Shown: positions 49,620-58,800 of the stretch, piece by piece
How positions within the stretch are numbered: position 1 is the first letter of the stretch
Layout of the letters: every line of letters starts with the position of its first letter
DNA from: an uncultured archaeon
GTDB lineage: Archaea > Altiarchaeota > Altiarchaeia > IMC4 > SCGC-AAA252-I15
DNA length: 64,000 bases
Reading direction: 5' to 3'
NCBI GenBank assembly: GCA_964423225.1
Contig: CAYREE010000002.1
Location: 10,278-74,277, forward strand
Notes under the pieces: generated by a model
Told to the model about the DNA's origin: nothing
Seen by the model: the letters and a program-made list of their open reading frames with translations, nothing else
Database searches by the model: none
Program-made: the position numbers and the translations under genes

Positions 49620-50389
49620 AAGTAGGATGCATGAATAATCCCCGAAAGGATTTCATCGAAGAATTAAGATTATTCCATAGTTATGGACTGGATTATATTG
49701 ATCTTACAATGGAATATCCGGGGGCTAGTATAGAGAAGGTTAAGAAAGAAGAGAAGGAATTCACAAGGCTATTGAAAAAATTTGACATGTCTGTCATAGG
49801 TCATATGCCCTGGTACCTACAGATAACAAGTCCACATAAGAATGTGAGGAAGGCATTCCTGAATGAGGCGTCTGATGTGATGGAACTATCGGCTGGACTA
49901 GGGGCTCCGCATGTGACCATCCATCCTGATTTCCTACCATTGAAGAGGACTGTACAGGAACAAAAAGAATTATTGATAGATTCTCTCGGACAGTTATTGG
50001 ATAAATCCCAGGATCTGGGTATCGATCTTTGTTTTGAGAACTTTAAGAAAGATCATGTTAGCTCATTAGTACTTGAAGATATCTTCAAGGAATTACCTGG
50101 ATTAAAATTCACTCTTGATGTAGGCCATGGATTCATTGGTGTGGGTAATATTGAATATATCAAGGATCTTATAAGTCAATTCAAGGATCGTCTGACTCAT
50201 GTACACATCCATGATAATCAGGGGATGGAAGACGATCACTTACCTCTTGGCGTGGGTCAGATAGACATTCCCGGAGTAGTTGACTCTTTGAAGAACGCTG
50301 GATATAATGGATCTATCACATTAGAAGTCTTCGCACAAGACAGGGATTACATGAAACTGAGCATGCAAAAACTTAATGGAATGTGGTGA
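49616..50389 (+). CDS. Sugar phosphate isomerase/epimerase (xylose isomerase-like TIM barrel)
   Basis: AP-endonuclease-2/xylose-isomerase-like TIM profile with metal-binding E/D/H residues. ATGA overlap with ogt. Confidence 0.5.
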   Translation: MKVGCMNNPRKDFIEELRLFHSYGLDYIDLTMEYPGASIEKVKKEEKEFTRLLKKFDMSVIGHMPWYLQITSPHKNVRKAFLNEASDVMELSAGLGAPHVTIHPDFLPLKRTVQEQKELLIDSLGQLLDKSQDLGIDLCFENFKKDHVSSLVLEDIFKELPGLKFTLDVGHGFIGVGNIEYIKDLISQFKDRLTHVHIHDNQGMEDDHLPLGVGQIDIPGVVDSLKNAGYNGSITLEVFAQDRDYMKLSMQKLNGMW

Positions 50390-50391
50390 AT

Positions 50392-51564
50392 CTATCTTCC
50401 TGATATTATCTTTATCACATCGCAGTCGGCTAGCACATGGTCTTTTCCTACCTTCTGCTTTGTGCGTGCGTCAACAGCTCCTATGAATTTTTCTCCTATG
50501 TCTGTATGAACCTTATATGCTAGGTCTAGGGCTGTCGAATCATTTGGCACTAGATATGAGTCTGGAAGCACCTTACCCTTCTTGTCTGAAAGCTTACCCT
50601 CGTTTTCAACAGGATAAACCGTTATTAGTCCAAGGACATCATATACTGCCTTATTAAGTGATTTTTGCACACCTGTCGAACCATGCTTCTCTAATATCTT
50701 AGTCTTAACGAATTCCATGGCCTTGGATTGTTTCTCAGTTAATTCTCCTTTTACTGTAAATTCCCCATCTCCTGGCACATACTCTATAAGCTCGTGAGCA
50801 TCCGCTTCACGTAATGCTAGTTCAGCTTCAGCACAGACAGGTATCATCTCATACTTTGCTTGTAGTCTATCAAAGTTATCCATTCCTAGATCTATTTTAT
50901 TTGCGGTAATTAGGATGGGTTTTGAAATCTGTCTCAAAACAATGGCGAACCTCATTATGTCTTCATCACTCCAATCCCTATTGTCTTCAAGTCTCGTCTT
51001 CTTCAATGCGTTTTTCACATGGCCTTCTGAAACCGATAATCCCGTTAAAATAGTTGTGAGCTCATCGACTAGCTTTGCATCTGCATGGACTATCTTCGAC
51101 TTGATCTTCTTCCAGTTCTTTCTGATGATTCCTGCAAACCAGTGATTCACCTCATCTTCAAGGAATTTTATATCCTCTTCTGGATCATGGTTTACACAAG
51201 CCTCTCCCAGCTCATCGGTTCTACCTGAAATATCGACTATATGGATTAATACATCTGCCTGCCTCAAGTCATCTAGAAACTGGTTTCCAAGGCCTTTTCC
51301 TTCATGTGCTCCTGGTACGAGTCCTGCAACATCTATGATCTTTATTGGTGTGAATCTGTTGCCTTTCTTGCATACGCTATTGTTTGGATTGCATTCAACA
51401 TTGAATTCGTTGCATGGGCATTTTCCACGCACATATCCAACCCCGATATTGGCTTTTATTGTCGTGAATGGAAATCCAGCAATTTCTGCGTCAGCTAGTG
51501 TTAATGCCTTGAAAAACGTTGATTTTCCAACATTTGGTTTCCCGACTACTCCTACTTCCATCAC
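50392..51564 (-). CDS. OBG-family GTPase (YchF/Ygr210-like) with C-terminal TGS domain and Cys-cluster insertion
   Basis: G1 GKPNVGKST, FPFTTI, G3 DVAGLV, NKID, and a TGS-like C-terminus. Insert CPCNEF..C..NNSVC. Confidence 0.65.
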   Translation of the reverse strand: MMEVGVVGKPNVGKSTFFKALTLADAEIAGFPFTTIKANIGVGYVRGKCPCNEFNVECNPNNSVCKKGNRFTPIKIIDVAGLVPGAHEGKGLGNQFLDDLRQADVLIHIVDISGRTDELGEACVNHDPEEDIKFLEDEVNHWFAGIIRKNWKKIKSKIVHADAKLVDELTTILTGLSVSEGHVKNALKKTRLEDNRDWSDEDIMRFAIVLRQISKPILITANKIDLGMDNFDRLQAKYEMIPVCAEAELALREADAHELIEYVPGDGEFTVKGELTEKQSKAMEFVKTKILEKHGSTGVQKSLNKAVYDVLGLITVYPVENEGKLSDKKGKVLPDSYLVPNDSTALDLAYKVHTDIGEKFIGAVDARTKQKVGKDHVLADCDVIKIISGR

Positions 51565-52652
51565 TTATTCCTCTCCCAATTATTTATAAATAATAGTAAG
51601 GCTGCTATTATGATTAACATCATTGAACCTGCTACAATAAGTGATTCGGTAGGATTTCTTGTTGGTAGGCTATTATAATAGATGAAGCCGTTTGTACTTC
51701 CAATAATGATCCTCTTATAATCTATCTTGGATGTTAGGATCCTACCCTTTGTATCCAAGTACCATCTTACCTCTCCTGTCGGGTCTGTAAGATAGAGTCT
51801 TTCATCGAGTGTTCCCGCAATCGTATGGAATCCATTAGTTGCCATTGAAGTGATTCCATCACTTAGTCTGATACTATACCTGAGTCCACCATCCCTGTGA
51901 AAGACTAAGAGTCGACCGTCTTTCAAACCTGCTAGTATTGTATTATCATGTGCTATTAATACTCCGATCTGATCATTGGTCCTATACCTCCATTTGAGGC
52001 TTCCATTATGATCGAATATAATTATGAAACCATTATTCAATCCGATGATAATGCCTTCATCATCGACAGTTGAAGTCCTGATTATATCCTCTACTCCAAA
52101 CTTTTTTATCTGTTTTCCATCCTGATCAAGTCTTATAACATCTCTGTCTGTTATAATAATTGTTTCATTCCCGATTATTGTAGCTGAGATACTATAACCT
52201 CCACTATTATACTCCCATAATGGATTACCGTTTCTATTAATACAGTAGACATTTCCAGTTGATGTGCCAATTATTATTCGATCAGCATTCATATCAACGG
52301 AGTCTGGAAATAATGACTGTTCTTCAAGATCTTTATCCCACATCATAAAACCCTCTAAGATAGAATAAATCCTACCGTCCATTGCCGATAAGATGATTCC
52401 TTCCTCATCAGCCTTTAAAGTATTGATTGTCGTGTTGATGGAGTAATTCCATAAAATACTGCCATTAAAATCTATCTTTGAGATCGTATTGTTGTATGCT
52501 ACAACAAATGCTTTATCTAGCATTTCAAGCGAAGTAACTCTAAGGCCTATAGGAATCTGCCAGTCAGGAATCTTCACTGTTTCCTGTGAATCAACAAGGC
52601 TTGTCCCAAGCGCTAGGATTATTATTATACTCGCCCATTTTTTTTGTAGCAT
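51561..52652 (-). CDS. Secreted PQQ-like beta-propeller repeat protein with C-terminal TM anchor
   Basis: Signal peptide, repeated DG-x-hydrophobic-W/Y blocks (PQQ-like repeats), and a C-terminal hydrophobic helix. Confidence 0.5.
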   Translation of the reverse strand: MLQKKWASIIIILALGTSLVDSQETVKIPDWQIPIGLRVTSLEMLDKAFVVAYNNTISKIDFNGSILWNYSINTTINTLKADEEGIILSAMDGRIYSILEGFMMWDKDLEEQSLFPDSVDMNADRIIIGTSTGNVYCINRNGNPLWEYNSGGYSISATIIGNETIIITDRDVIRLDQDGKQIKKFGVEDIIRTSTVDDEGIIIGLNNGFIIIFDHNGSLKWRYRTNDQIGVLIAHDNTILAGLKDGRLLVFHRDGGLRYSIRLSDGITSMATNGFHTIAGTLDERLYLTDPTGEVRWYLDTKGRILTSKIDYKRIIIGSTNGFIYYNSLPTRNPTESLIVAGSMMLIIIAALLLFINNWERNK

Positions 52653-52703
52653 AGTTAGGAATAGTGTTTTTTGATTTATATTGTTCTCATTTAAGACTTA
52701 TAC

Positions 52704-52922
52704 ATGAAGCTAATAGATTTGGTGTCTCCGATCGGTATTTTGATTATCGGGACCTTTTTCCTGGCAATAGGTTATGTTATATTCAATAATTACCTAACTA
52801 TCTCAGAGGCAACTGCTTTATCAAAGGGTGTGGAATTCATTCAGATAGGATTGGTGATGATAGTCTTATCATTTGTTATGTCGTGTGTAGGACAAGTATT
52901 TCGTCTGTTGAAAATAATATAA
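52704..52922 (+). CDS. Small two-TM membrane protein (72 aa)
   Basis: Hydrophobic ORF with a bidirectional terminator downstream. Confidence 0.35.
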   Translation: MKLIDLVSPIGILIIGTFFLAIGYVIFNNYLTISEATALSKGVEFIQIGLVMIVLSFVMSCVGQVFRLLKII

Positions 52923-52976
52923 AAAAAAAGAGGGGTTTGTCCAGGTTTTATCCTGGACATTTGTGTTGTTGTTTTT
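52921..52976. terminator. Bidirectional hairpin terminator (stem tgtccagg/cctggaca) flanked by A-run (plus strand) and T-rich run
   Basis: 8-bp perfect inverted repeat at 52938-52959 with a 6-nt loop. On the minus strand it is followed by AAACCCCTCTTTTTTTTT, and on the plus strand by ttgtgttgttgttttt. Sits between convergent genes. Confidence 0.55.
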
Positions 52977-52979
52977 ACG

Positions 52980-53438
52980 CTATCCGCATATTCCTTCAAT
53001 CTTCTTAGTTCCCGTGAACTCGATTCCGGTAATAGCATTATCCCGGTCATCAAACACGAAAGCAACTTCTAGGGCATATGGCTGGTCTGCAACACATGCT
53101 GAACCAAGGTCGCGTTTTACTGTCTCGGTCTTACCTACTAATAATACTAGGTTTGCCGCCTCTGTTACCACTACTCCTGGATTACCAACAGTCATACTCG
53201 AGATAACAATCGTGTAGTCCTGATTGTTTCGTATCGTGAAATACGATACACCGCTTTCAACAACTTTCCAGTTCAAAATCCCCATTTCTGCTCCTCTCCA
53301 ATAGGATTTTGAGGCCTGGATTCCGGCTCCGGCTCCTATGTCTATAAATCCTCCTAATACCGTCACCACTATTAGCGCGACAATCACTACTACTGCGAGT
53401 ATCACGAGATACTCTGTGGATAATTGTCCTTTATCCAT
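52980..53438 (-). CDS. Archaeal type IV pilin-like protein with class III signal peptide (major pilin candidate 1)
   Basis: MDKGQLSTEYLVILAVVVIVALIVVTVLGG: KG-Q cleavage site followed by a hydrophobic helix. Strong SD TAGGAGGTGT upstream. 83% identical N-terminus to the paralog. Confidence 0.75.
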   Translation of the reverse strand: MDKGQLSTEYLVILAVVVIVALIVVTVLGGFIDIGAGAGIQASKSYWRGAEMGILNWKVVESGVSYFTIRNNQDYTIVISSMTVGNPGVVVTEAANLVLLVGKTETVKRDLGSACVADQPYALEVAFVFDDRDNAITGIEFTGTKKIEGICG

Positions 53439-53487
53439 GAAACACCTCCTATAGATTTATTCTATATTTTTATTATATGATTGTGTT

Positions 53488-53512
53488 AAAAAAAGAGGGG
53501 TTATTCCTGTTT
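53488..53512 (-). terminator. T-tract terminator after pilin paralog 2 (AACCCCTCTTTTTTT)
   Basis: Same CCCCTC-T7 motif as downstream of paralog 1, immediately 3' of the stop codon. Confidence 0.45.
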
Positions 53513-53983
53513 TTAGCAGGTTCCCTCTATTTTCTTAACGCCGTCAAACTTTAGGTCTGCGATAGTGTGGTCTACATCCGTGTATATCACACTAACGGCT
53601 GCTGCATATGGCGATCCTGCACTTCCTGCCGCACATGTGCTGATGTCCTGATTCACTGTCCTGCTTTGTCCTGGATTAAGTGTCAGAGATACCATTCCTC
53701 CACCTCCTCCTATCACTGTGACTCCATCCACTGTGAACGAAGTAATCTGGATTGTGTAATCCAGGTTGTTTCTCACCGTGAAGTAGGAACTACTGCCTGC
53801 TAATGCTACCTTCCAATTTAATAGTCCGATGTCTGCTCCTCTCCAGTAGGACTTTGATGCTTGCACACCTGCTCCTGCACCGATGTCTATGAATCCTCCG
53901 AGGACTGTCACGACTATTAAGGCTACTATGACAACGACTGCAAGGATGACCAAATATTCCGTTGATAATTGTCCTTTATCCAT
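53513..53983 (-). CDS. Archaeal type IV pilin-like protein with class III signal peptide (major pilin candidate 2)
   Basis: Identical first ~50 aa (MDKGQLSTEYLVILAVVVIVALIVVTVLGGFIDIGAGAG). SD GGAGGTGA sits 5 nt upstream. Confidence 0.75.
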   Translation of the reverse strand: MDKGQLSTEYLVILAVVVIVALIVVTVLGGFIDIGAGAGVQASKSYWRGADIGLLNWKVALAGSSSYFTVRNNLDYTIQITSFTVDGVTVIGGGGGMVSLTLNPGQSRTVNQDISTCAAGSAGSPYAAAVSVIYTDVDHTIADLKFDGVKKIEGTC

Positions 53984-54039
53984 TTTTCACCTCCCTTGGG
54001 TATATTGATTATTTATTTTTTTCCTTTATAACCCTTGTT

Positions 54040-54996
54040 TTACTGTATTTTTATGTAATATCTGATAGCGTAAAATACTATCAGTGTGATTGGCACTATT
54101 ATGATAGCGTACTTCAGCCCGTATTTTTCTTTTCCCTTGTTTATAACTCCGATAAGCAGGCTTGCGATAAATGATGTGCCGACTATTATTAATGTGGATA
54201 CGTTCATGAGGAATTCTATGCTGAATGTTTCTGCCATGAATAAACCGATCCCCATATTATTCACATCTGATATATTGAAATTGCTTTTCAACTCATTCAT
54301 CCTCTCTGTGAAGTGTATGGACACGTTCATCAATACTGGCATTCCAACGACTATGGTTAGTAGGATGAGTATAGTGTATGTCCTTGTGCTTGATATGAGT
54401 TGTCTTCTAAGCATCAGGTTCTCATTGATGTCTCTCGCGGTTTCTTCTAGTATCTTGGCTAAGTAGCCGCCGGATTCGATGCTTCTTATGAATAGTTTTA
54501 TTGATCTTTCAAGTACTGGAAGTCTTATATTCTGGTTTATCTCCATGAGTGCACTGGAAAAAGATTCTGTCCCCAAGGCTTTTGTAGTTGCTTTATCAAG
54601 CTCTTCTTTTAATACACCAAATTCCTCTCTTGCTGATATCTTCATTGCCTGATATGGGGTCATACCTGCCCTGACATTGGATGCCATTAGTTGTAGAACG
54701 CTTGGAAGCACTTCTTCAACGGCTTCCCCCCTCTTTTCGGCTATGAAAAATGGTATTGAGTATGCTCCAACCAGATAGACTATGAACATCACGAATGCTA
54801 ATACGTGAAATAGCAGTGGTTCTCCGTATCTTCCTATATACTCGGTGACAAGTGCTACTAATACAGAGTATAACAGGCTTTTACCCAACCAGACTTCTGC
54901 CTCCACATTCATGCCTGCAAATTTGATCATGTCAGCCATATTCTCTACCATTGTTCTGGGGTAGAGCCTTGATAATGCTATGTAGAATCGTCTCAT
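54040..54996 (-). CDS. Pilus/T2SS platform protein, T2SS-F domain (TadC-like)
   Basis: T2SSF domain (LQLMASNVRAGMTPYQAM...LERSIKLFIRSIESGGYLAKILEE) plus TM helices. The start is set at the Met 2 nt after the upstream stop; the track's longer basic N-terminus is out-of-frame overlap. Confidence 0.65.
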   Translation of the reverse strand: MRRFYIALSRLYPRTMVENMADMIKFAGMNVEAEVWLGKSLLYSVLVALVTEYIGRYGEPLLFHVLAFVMFIVYLVGAYSIPFFIAEKRGEAVEEVLPSVLQLMASNVRAGMTPYQAMKISAREEFGVLKEELDKATTKALGTESFSSALMEINQNIRLPVLERSIKLFIRSIESGGYLAKILEETARDINENLMLRRQLISSTRTYTILILLTIVVGMPVLMNVSIHFTERMNELKSNFNISDVNNMGIGLFMAETFSIEFLMNVSTLIIVGTSFIASLLIGVINKGKEKYGLKYAIIIVPITLIVFYAIRYYIKIQ

Positions 54997-54998
54997 CG

Positions 54999-55883
54999 TT
55001 AAACGTATACTACCGGCCTCCTGCTTTTTATGAATTCCATTAGTGCTATTTGTACGAAAAAGCATACTGGGATCATTATGTAGAATATTTTTGGGCCTAG
55101 TTCGACTCCGAGGAATGGTCCTAGGACTATTATTAGTGTTGTTGCGATTGTTGGCATGACTACTGCGAAGAGCATGTATATTAGTACCATTACATTGAGT
55201 TCTTGGGCATAGTTTCTGATCTTCATTTTTTGTTCCATTGTCAGGTCTTTTACGAGTTCTCTTAGTATGCCTTCTAGGCTTGATCCTGATTTTAATGCGT
55301 TTATTATCTGCCATACGCTGTTTTTAAGGTGTTCGCTTCTTGTGTGTATGGCTAGTTCTTCTAGTGCGTCTTCTACTGGTACTCCAACATTGGCTTTTTT
55401 CACGACTTTTGCTATCTCATGGGATATGCTGCCGTATCCTGAGTGGGCTACTTCTGTTAGGGCTGTGTATGCTGATGCTCCTGAACTGACTTCTAATAGC
55501 ATGTCTTTTAGTGCGAAAACAAGGTCTCTGTCGATTTGTTCTGCTTTTTTTCCGGCTAGGATTCCGGGGTATGATAATAGTACGAATAGGAATAATCCTA
55601 GGATCAGTGTGAATACCATTAGGGTCATGGAAATTACTTTTTGTTGTTCTGTGCCTACCGCTGTCATTAGCGTGTATATTAGTCCGCCAACAAGTAGTGC
55701 GGTGAATAATGCGGATAGTATTGAGGCTCCTACATAGTCTTCAGCACCTACATCAAGGTCGGTTTCCATCAAGTCTATCCTAAGCTTAGGATATACTGCC
55801 ATGAGCTTGTGCCATAGGTTATTCCATTTACTTGTTAACCGTATCCCCACTCTTAGGGGTATCAACATTAGTGGTACTTCCAT
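54999..55883 (-). CDS. Pilus/T2SS platform protein, T2SS-F domain (TadB-like)
   Basis: T2SSF domain (LKDMLLEVSSGASAYTALTEVA...ALEELAIHTRSEHLKNSVWQIINALKSGSSL) plus TM helices. Confidence 0.65.
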   Translation of the reverse strand: MEVPLMLIPLRVGIRLTSKWNNLWHKLMAVYPKLRIDLMETDLDVGAEDYVGASILSALFTALLVGGLIYTLMTAVGTEQQKVISMTLMVFTLILGLFLFVLLSYPGILAGKKAEQIDRDLVFALKDMLLEVSSGASAYTALTEVAHSGYGSISHEIAKVVKKANVGVPVEDALEELAIHTRSEHLKNSVWQIINALKSGSSLEGILRELVKDLTMEQKMKIRNYAQELNVMVLIYMLFAVVMPTIATTLIIVLGPFLGVELGPKIFYIMIPVCFFVQIALMEFIKSRRPVVYV

Positions 55884-55890
55884 CGGTATT

Positions 55891-58800
55891 CTATTCCTTC
55901 TTTTTCTTTCCTAGACCCAACATGGACTTTATTGTCGGGCTCATCCTTTTTGCGAATAATTTGTTTAATGCTGAGTCTTTTTTCTCTTCTGGTTTTAATG
56001 GGATTTCAGTGTCTGAGACTGGTTTATCTTCTTTAGAGTCTTCGGCACTGGTTTTTTCCTCTTCTATCGCGTGTTCTAATATTTCCTCGGGTTTTATCGT
56101 GTCCTCGTCCGCTATTGCGAATGGAGAAGGCTGTAAATCAGGTTTTTTCTCTTCTTCTTGGATTGTTATCTGTGGATCTTCTGGTTCTTCTGGCATAGTA
56201 TCAAACAATGATTTTGCTCTCGTTGACATGGGATCATCTTGAAATGGTTCTTCTTTCTCCTCGGGTATTTCAGGTTCTGGTTTTATTATCTGGTCTGTTT
56301 GCTCTTCTACTTCATCTTGTCCTATCATTGCCTTCATTGTCGGACTCATTTTATCATCGAATATTTTGTCTAATTTTGTTTTGTCTTGTAGTTTTGTATC
56401 TTCTTCAACAGGCTCTTGGATTTCTTTTTTAGTTTCTTCTTGTATTGATTTTTCAGTTGTTGGTTCGGGTTTTTTCACTGGTTCTTTTTCCTGTTCACTT
56501 GAACCCATCATCGCCTTCATGGTTGGACTCATCTTTTCTGCGAATGGATCGTCAAATCGAGGGTCTTTCGGGCCATCGAAGACTTTTTTATATGGTTCAA
56601 CTTCTTCTTTTGATGTTTCTGGTTCTTGAGTCTCTGTGACCTCAAGTTTTTTGTCTGGAATCTCTTGGACTATCTGTGATTCTGGTTCTAATGCTTCTGG
56701 TCCGGTTTGTTCAGGAGTAGTTTGTGTTTCTTCTGTGATTGATGATCCTGGATCGATTTCTTCTGCTGCCAGGGGTTGTGGTTCGGTCACATCTTGTGGG
56801 AGTAATTCGGGTTTTTGTTCTATATCTGCTGTTTGTTTATCTAGTTCCTCTATTTTTTCTTCTTCTAACGGTGTTTTTTCCTCGGTTTGTTGTGCTATTT
56901 TTGGAGGTTCAATAATTCGATGTTTCTTTGGGTCTCTTTCCTTGATTTCTTCGATGGTTATTTTACCTTCTATCACTTCCTTTAGTTGTTCCTTGTTCTT
57001 GTAGTATAATTCCATGACTTCGCCGACTTCTTCAAGACTTCGATTATTGTTTTCATACATCCAGATCAATGTCTTCTTCTTTTCCTCTAAGTCTTTTAGG
57101 ATTTCCGGCCGACTCATTCCTGTATGTAGTGATAAATCCTCTAATACTCGGACGCTATCATTTACTTTTACGAACTCGTCAGTCCTTGTATTGTATCTGA
57201 ATAGATAATTTAGTTCGAATTCTTTGCCCTCGCTTCCAGGGCGTATCTCAGCTATCTCGAATACTTTTCGGGCACCTTTTTTCCGGTCCCTGTATACGAC
57301 TATCATCAAGTGCAGTGCCTCTATCTCAGCGCTTGGTAATGCTATTGGGGGTTCTAAAAGCCTTCTTTTAAGATTATGGACCGTATCTGCGTGAATTGTA
57401 CCATAGACACTGTGTCCTGTATGCATTGCCTCGAATAATACCTCGGCTTCACGCCGTCTTCTTATCTCTCCTAAGACTATCCTATCTGGCCTCATCCTTA
57501 GGGATGTCACTATCAGGTCGAGCATGCTTACTTCTCCCTTGCCTTCTGGATTAGCTTCTCTTGTCGTTAATGGGACCCAGTTCCATTTTAGGTAGCTTGG
57601 AAGATTGATTTCTCGAGTGTCTTCAATGGTTATGACTCTGTGTGTGGGTTGTATTAGTGAGCATAGGCAGTTTAACATGCTTGTTTTTCCTGATGCTGTT
57701 CCGCCTCCAACGATTACGTTTAGTTCGTATTGGAATGCTAGCCAGAGGAATGCGCCCATTTCTGGGGACATTGTGCAGATGTCTGGGCTTACGAAGTGTG
57801 CTATCGTCCATGGTTGTCTTGCGAATTTTCTGATAGTGATTGTGTTTCCAAAGTTTGATATCGGGAATAATGTCGCGTTTACCCTGTCTCCTGAGAGTAG
57901 GTGTGCGTCCATTATTGGATCCATGTTTGTTATATCTCTCTCGACTTTTCTACCTATCTGTGCAGCGTAATTGTATACCATCCGTTCATCGTCTAGGTGT
58001 AGTGTGGTCTCGACCCATCCGAATCTTTTATGGTATGCTGTAAGGGGGATGTGGCTGGTATTGATGCATACTTCTTCAAGCCAATCATCAGTCATTAGTA
58101 GTTCCATGTCTCCGAGACCGTACATTGAATGGGTCATCATTCCGGCAAGCATGTTCAAGTCGTCTTCATCTAATCTGATTTCTGAGTCTATGAGGTCTTT
58201 TGCTTCGGTGAAGAACGTTTCTTTTAACTCCCTCATCTTTTTTGTATCGGACATGTCTCCTACCCCAACTTCTATCTTTCCGCTTAACGCGTCTCTGAGC
58301 GATGTAATTAGGCTTCTTGTTCCAACTCCTATTATGGGCAGTGTCACCTCGTATATTGGTTTTGCCTTCTGGTCGCTTGCTATGATCTTGACGTGTGCTA
58401 CGACCTTGTCTGCAACGATCTTATAGCTGTCGAGGGTTTTACCCGTTATGTTAGTATCTGGGTCGTCTAGGGATACGGGTTTTGCAAGTGTCATCATAGG
58501 TTCTTTTAATAAATTGGATGGGTAGTCGAGTTTGAGTATATCTAGTGTTCTCGCCCATTTTTCGATCTTTTTAGGCTCTGTATTAGAAACGATCGCTGCG
58601 TCTGCGAGAGAGAGGTATTTACTCCTTGATAATGCTTCGATTAGGTAGTCTACTTGGGTGAATATTATCCTTTTTTCTCTGCTTTTTTCCGATATCTTCT
58701 CCTTTATTCTTTGACGCAGTATCCTTGGCTTGTTCCCTATTATGACTCCTTTTTTATTGATTTTTAGAAGTTCTTCTCTTTCGAGGATATGAGACCATTC

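Noticed and set aside
55918-56544. Spaced direct DNA repeats that might suggest a CRISPR-like array
   Set aside because: The repeats are in-frame within a long ORF and encode a conserved peptide motif. Spacing is irregular (about 140-260 nt) and the repeats are imperfect, so this is not a CRISPR array.
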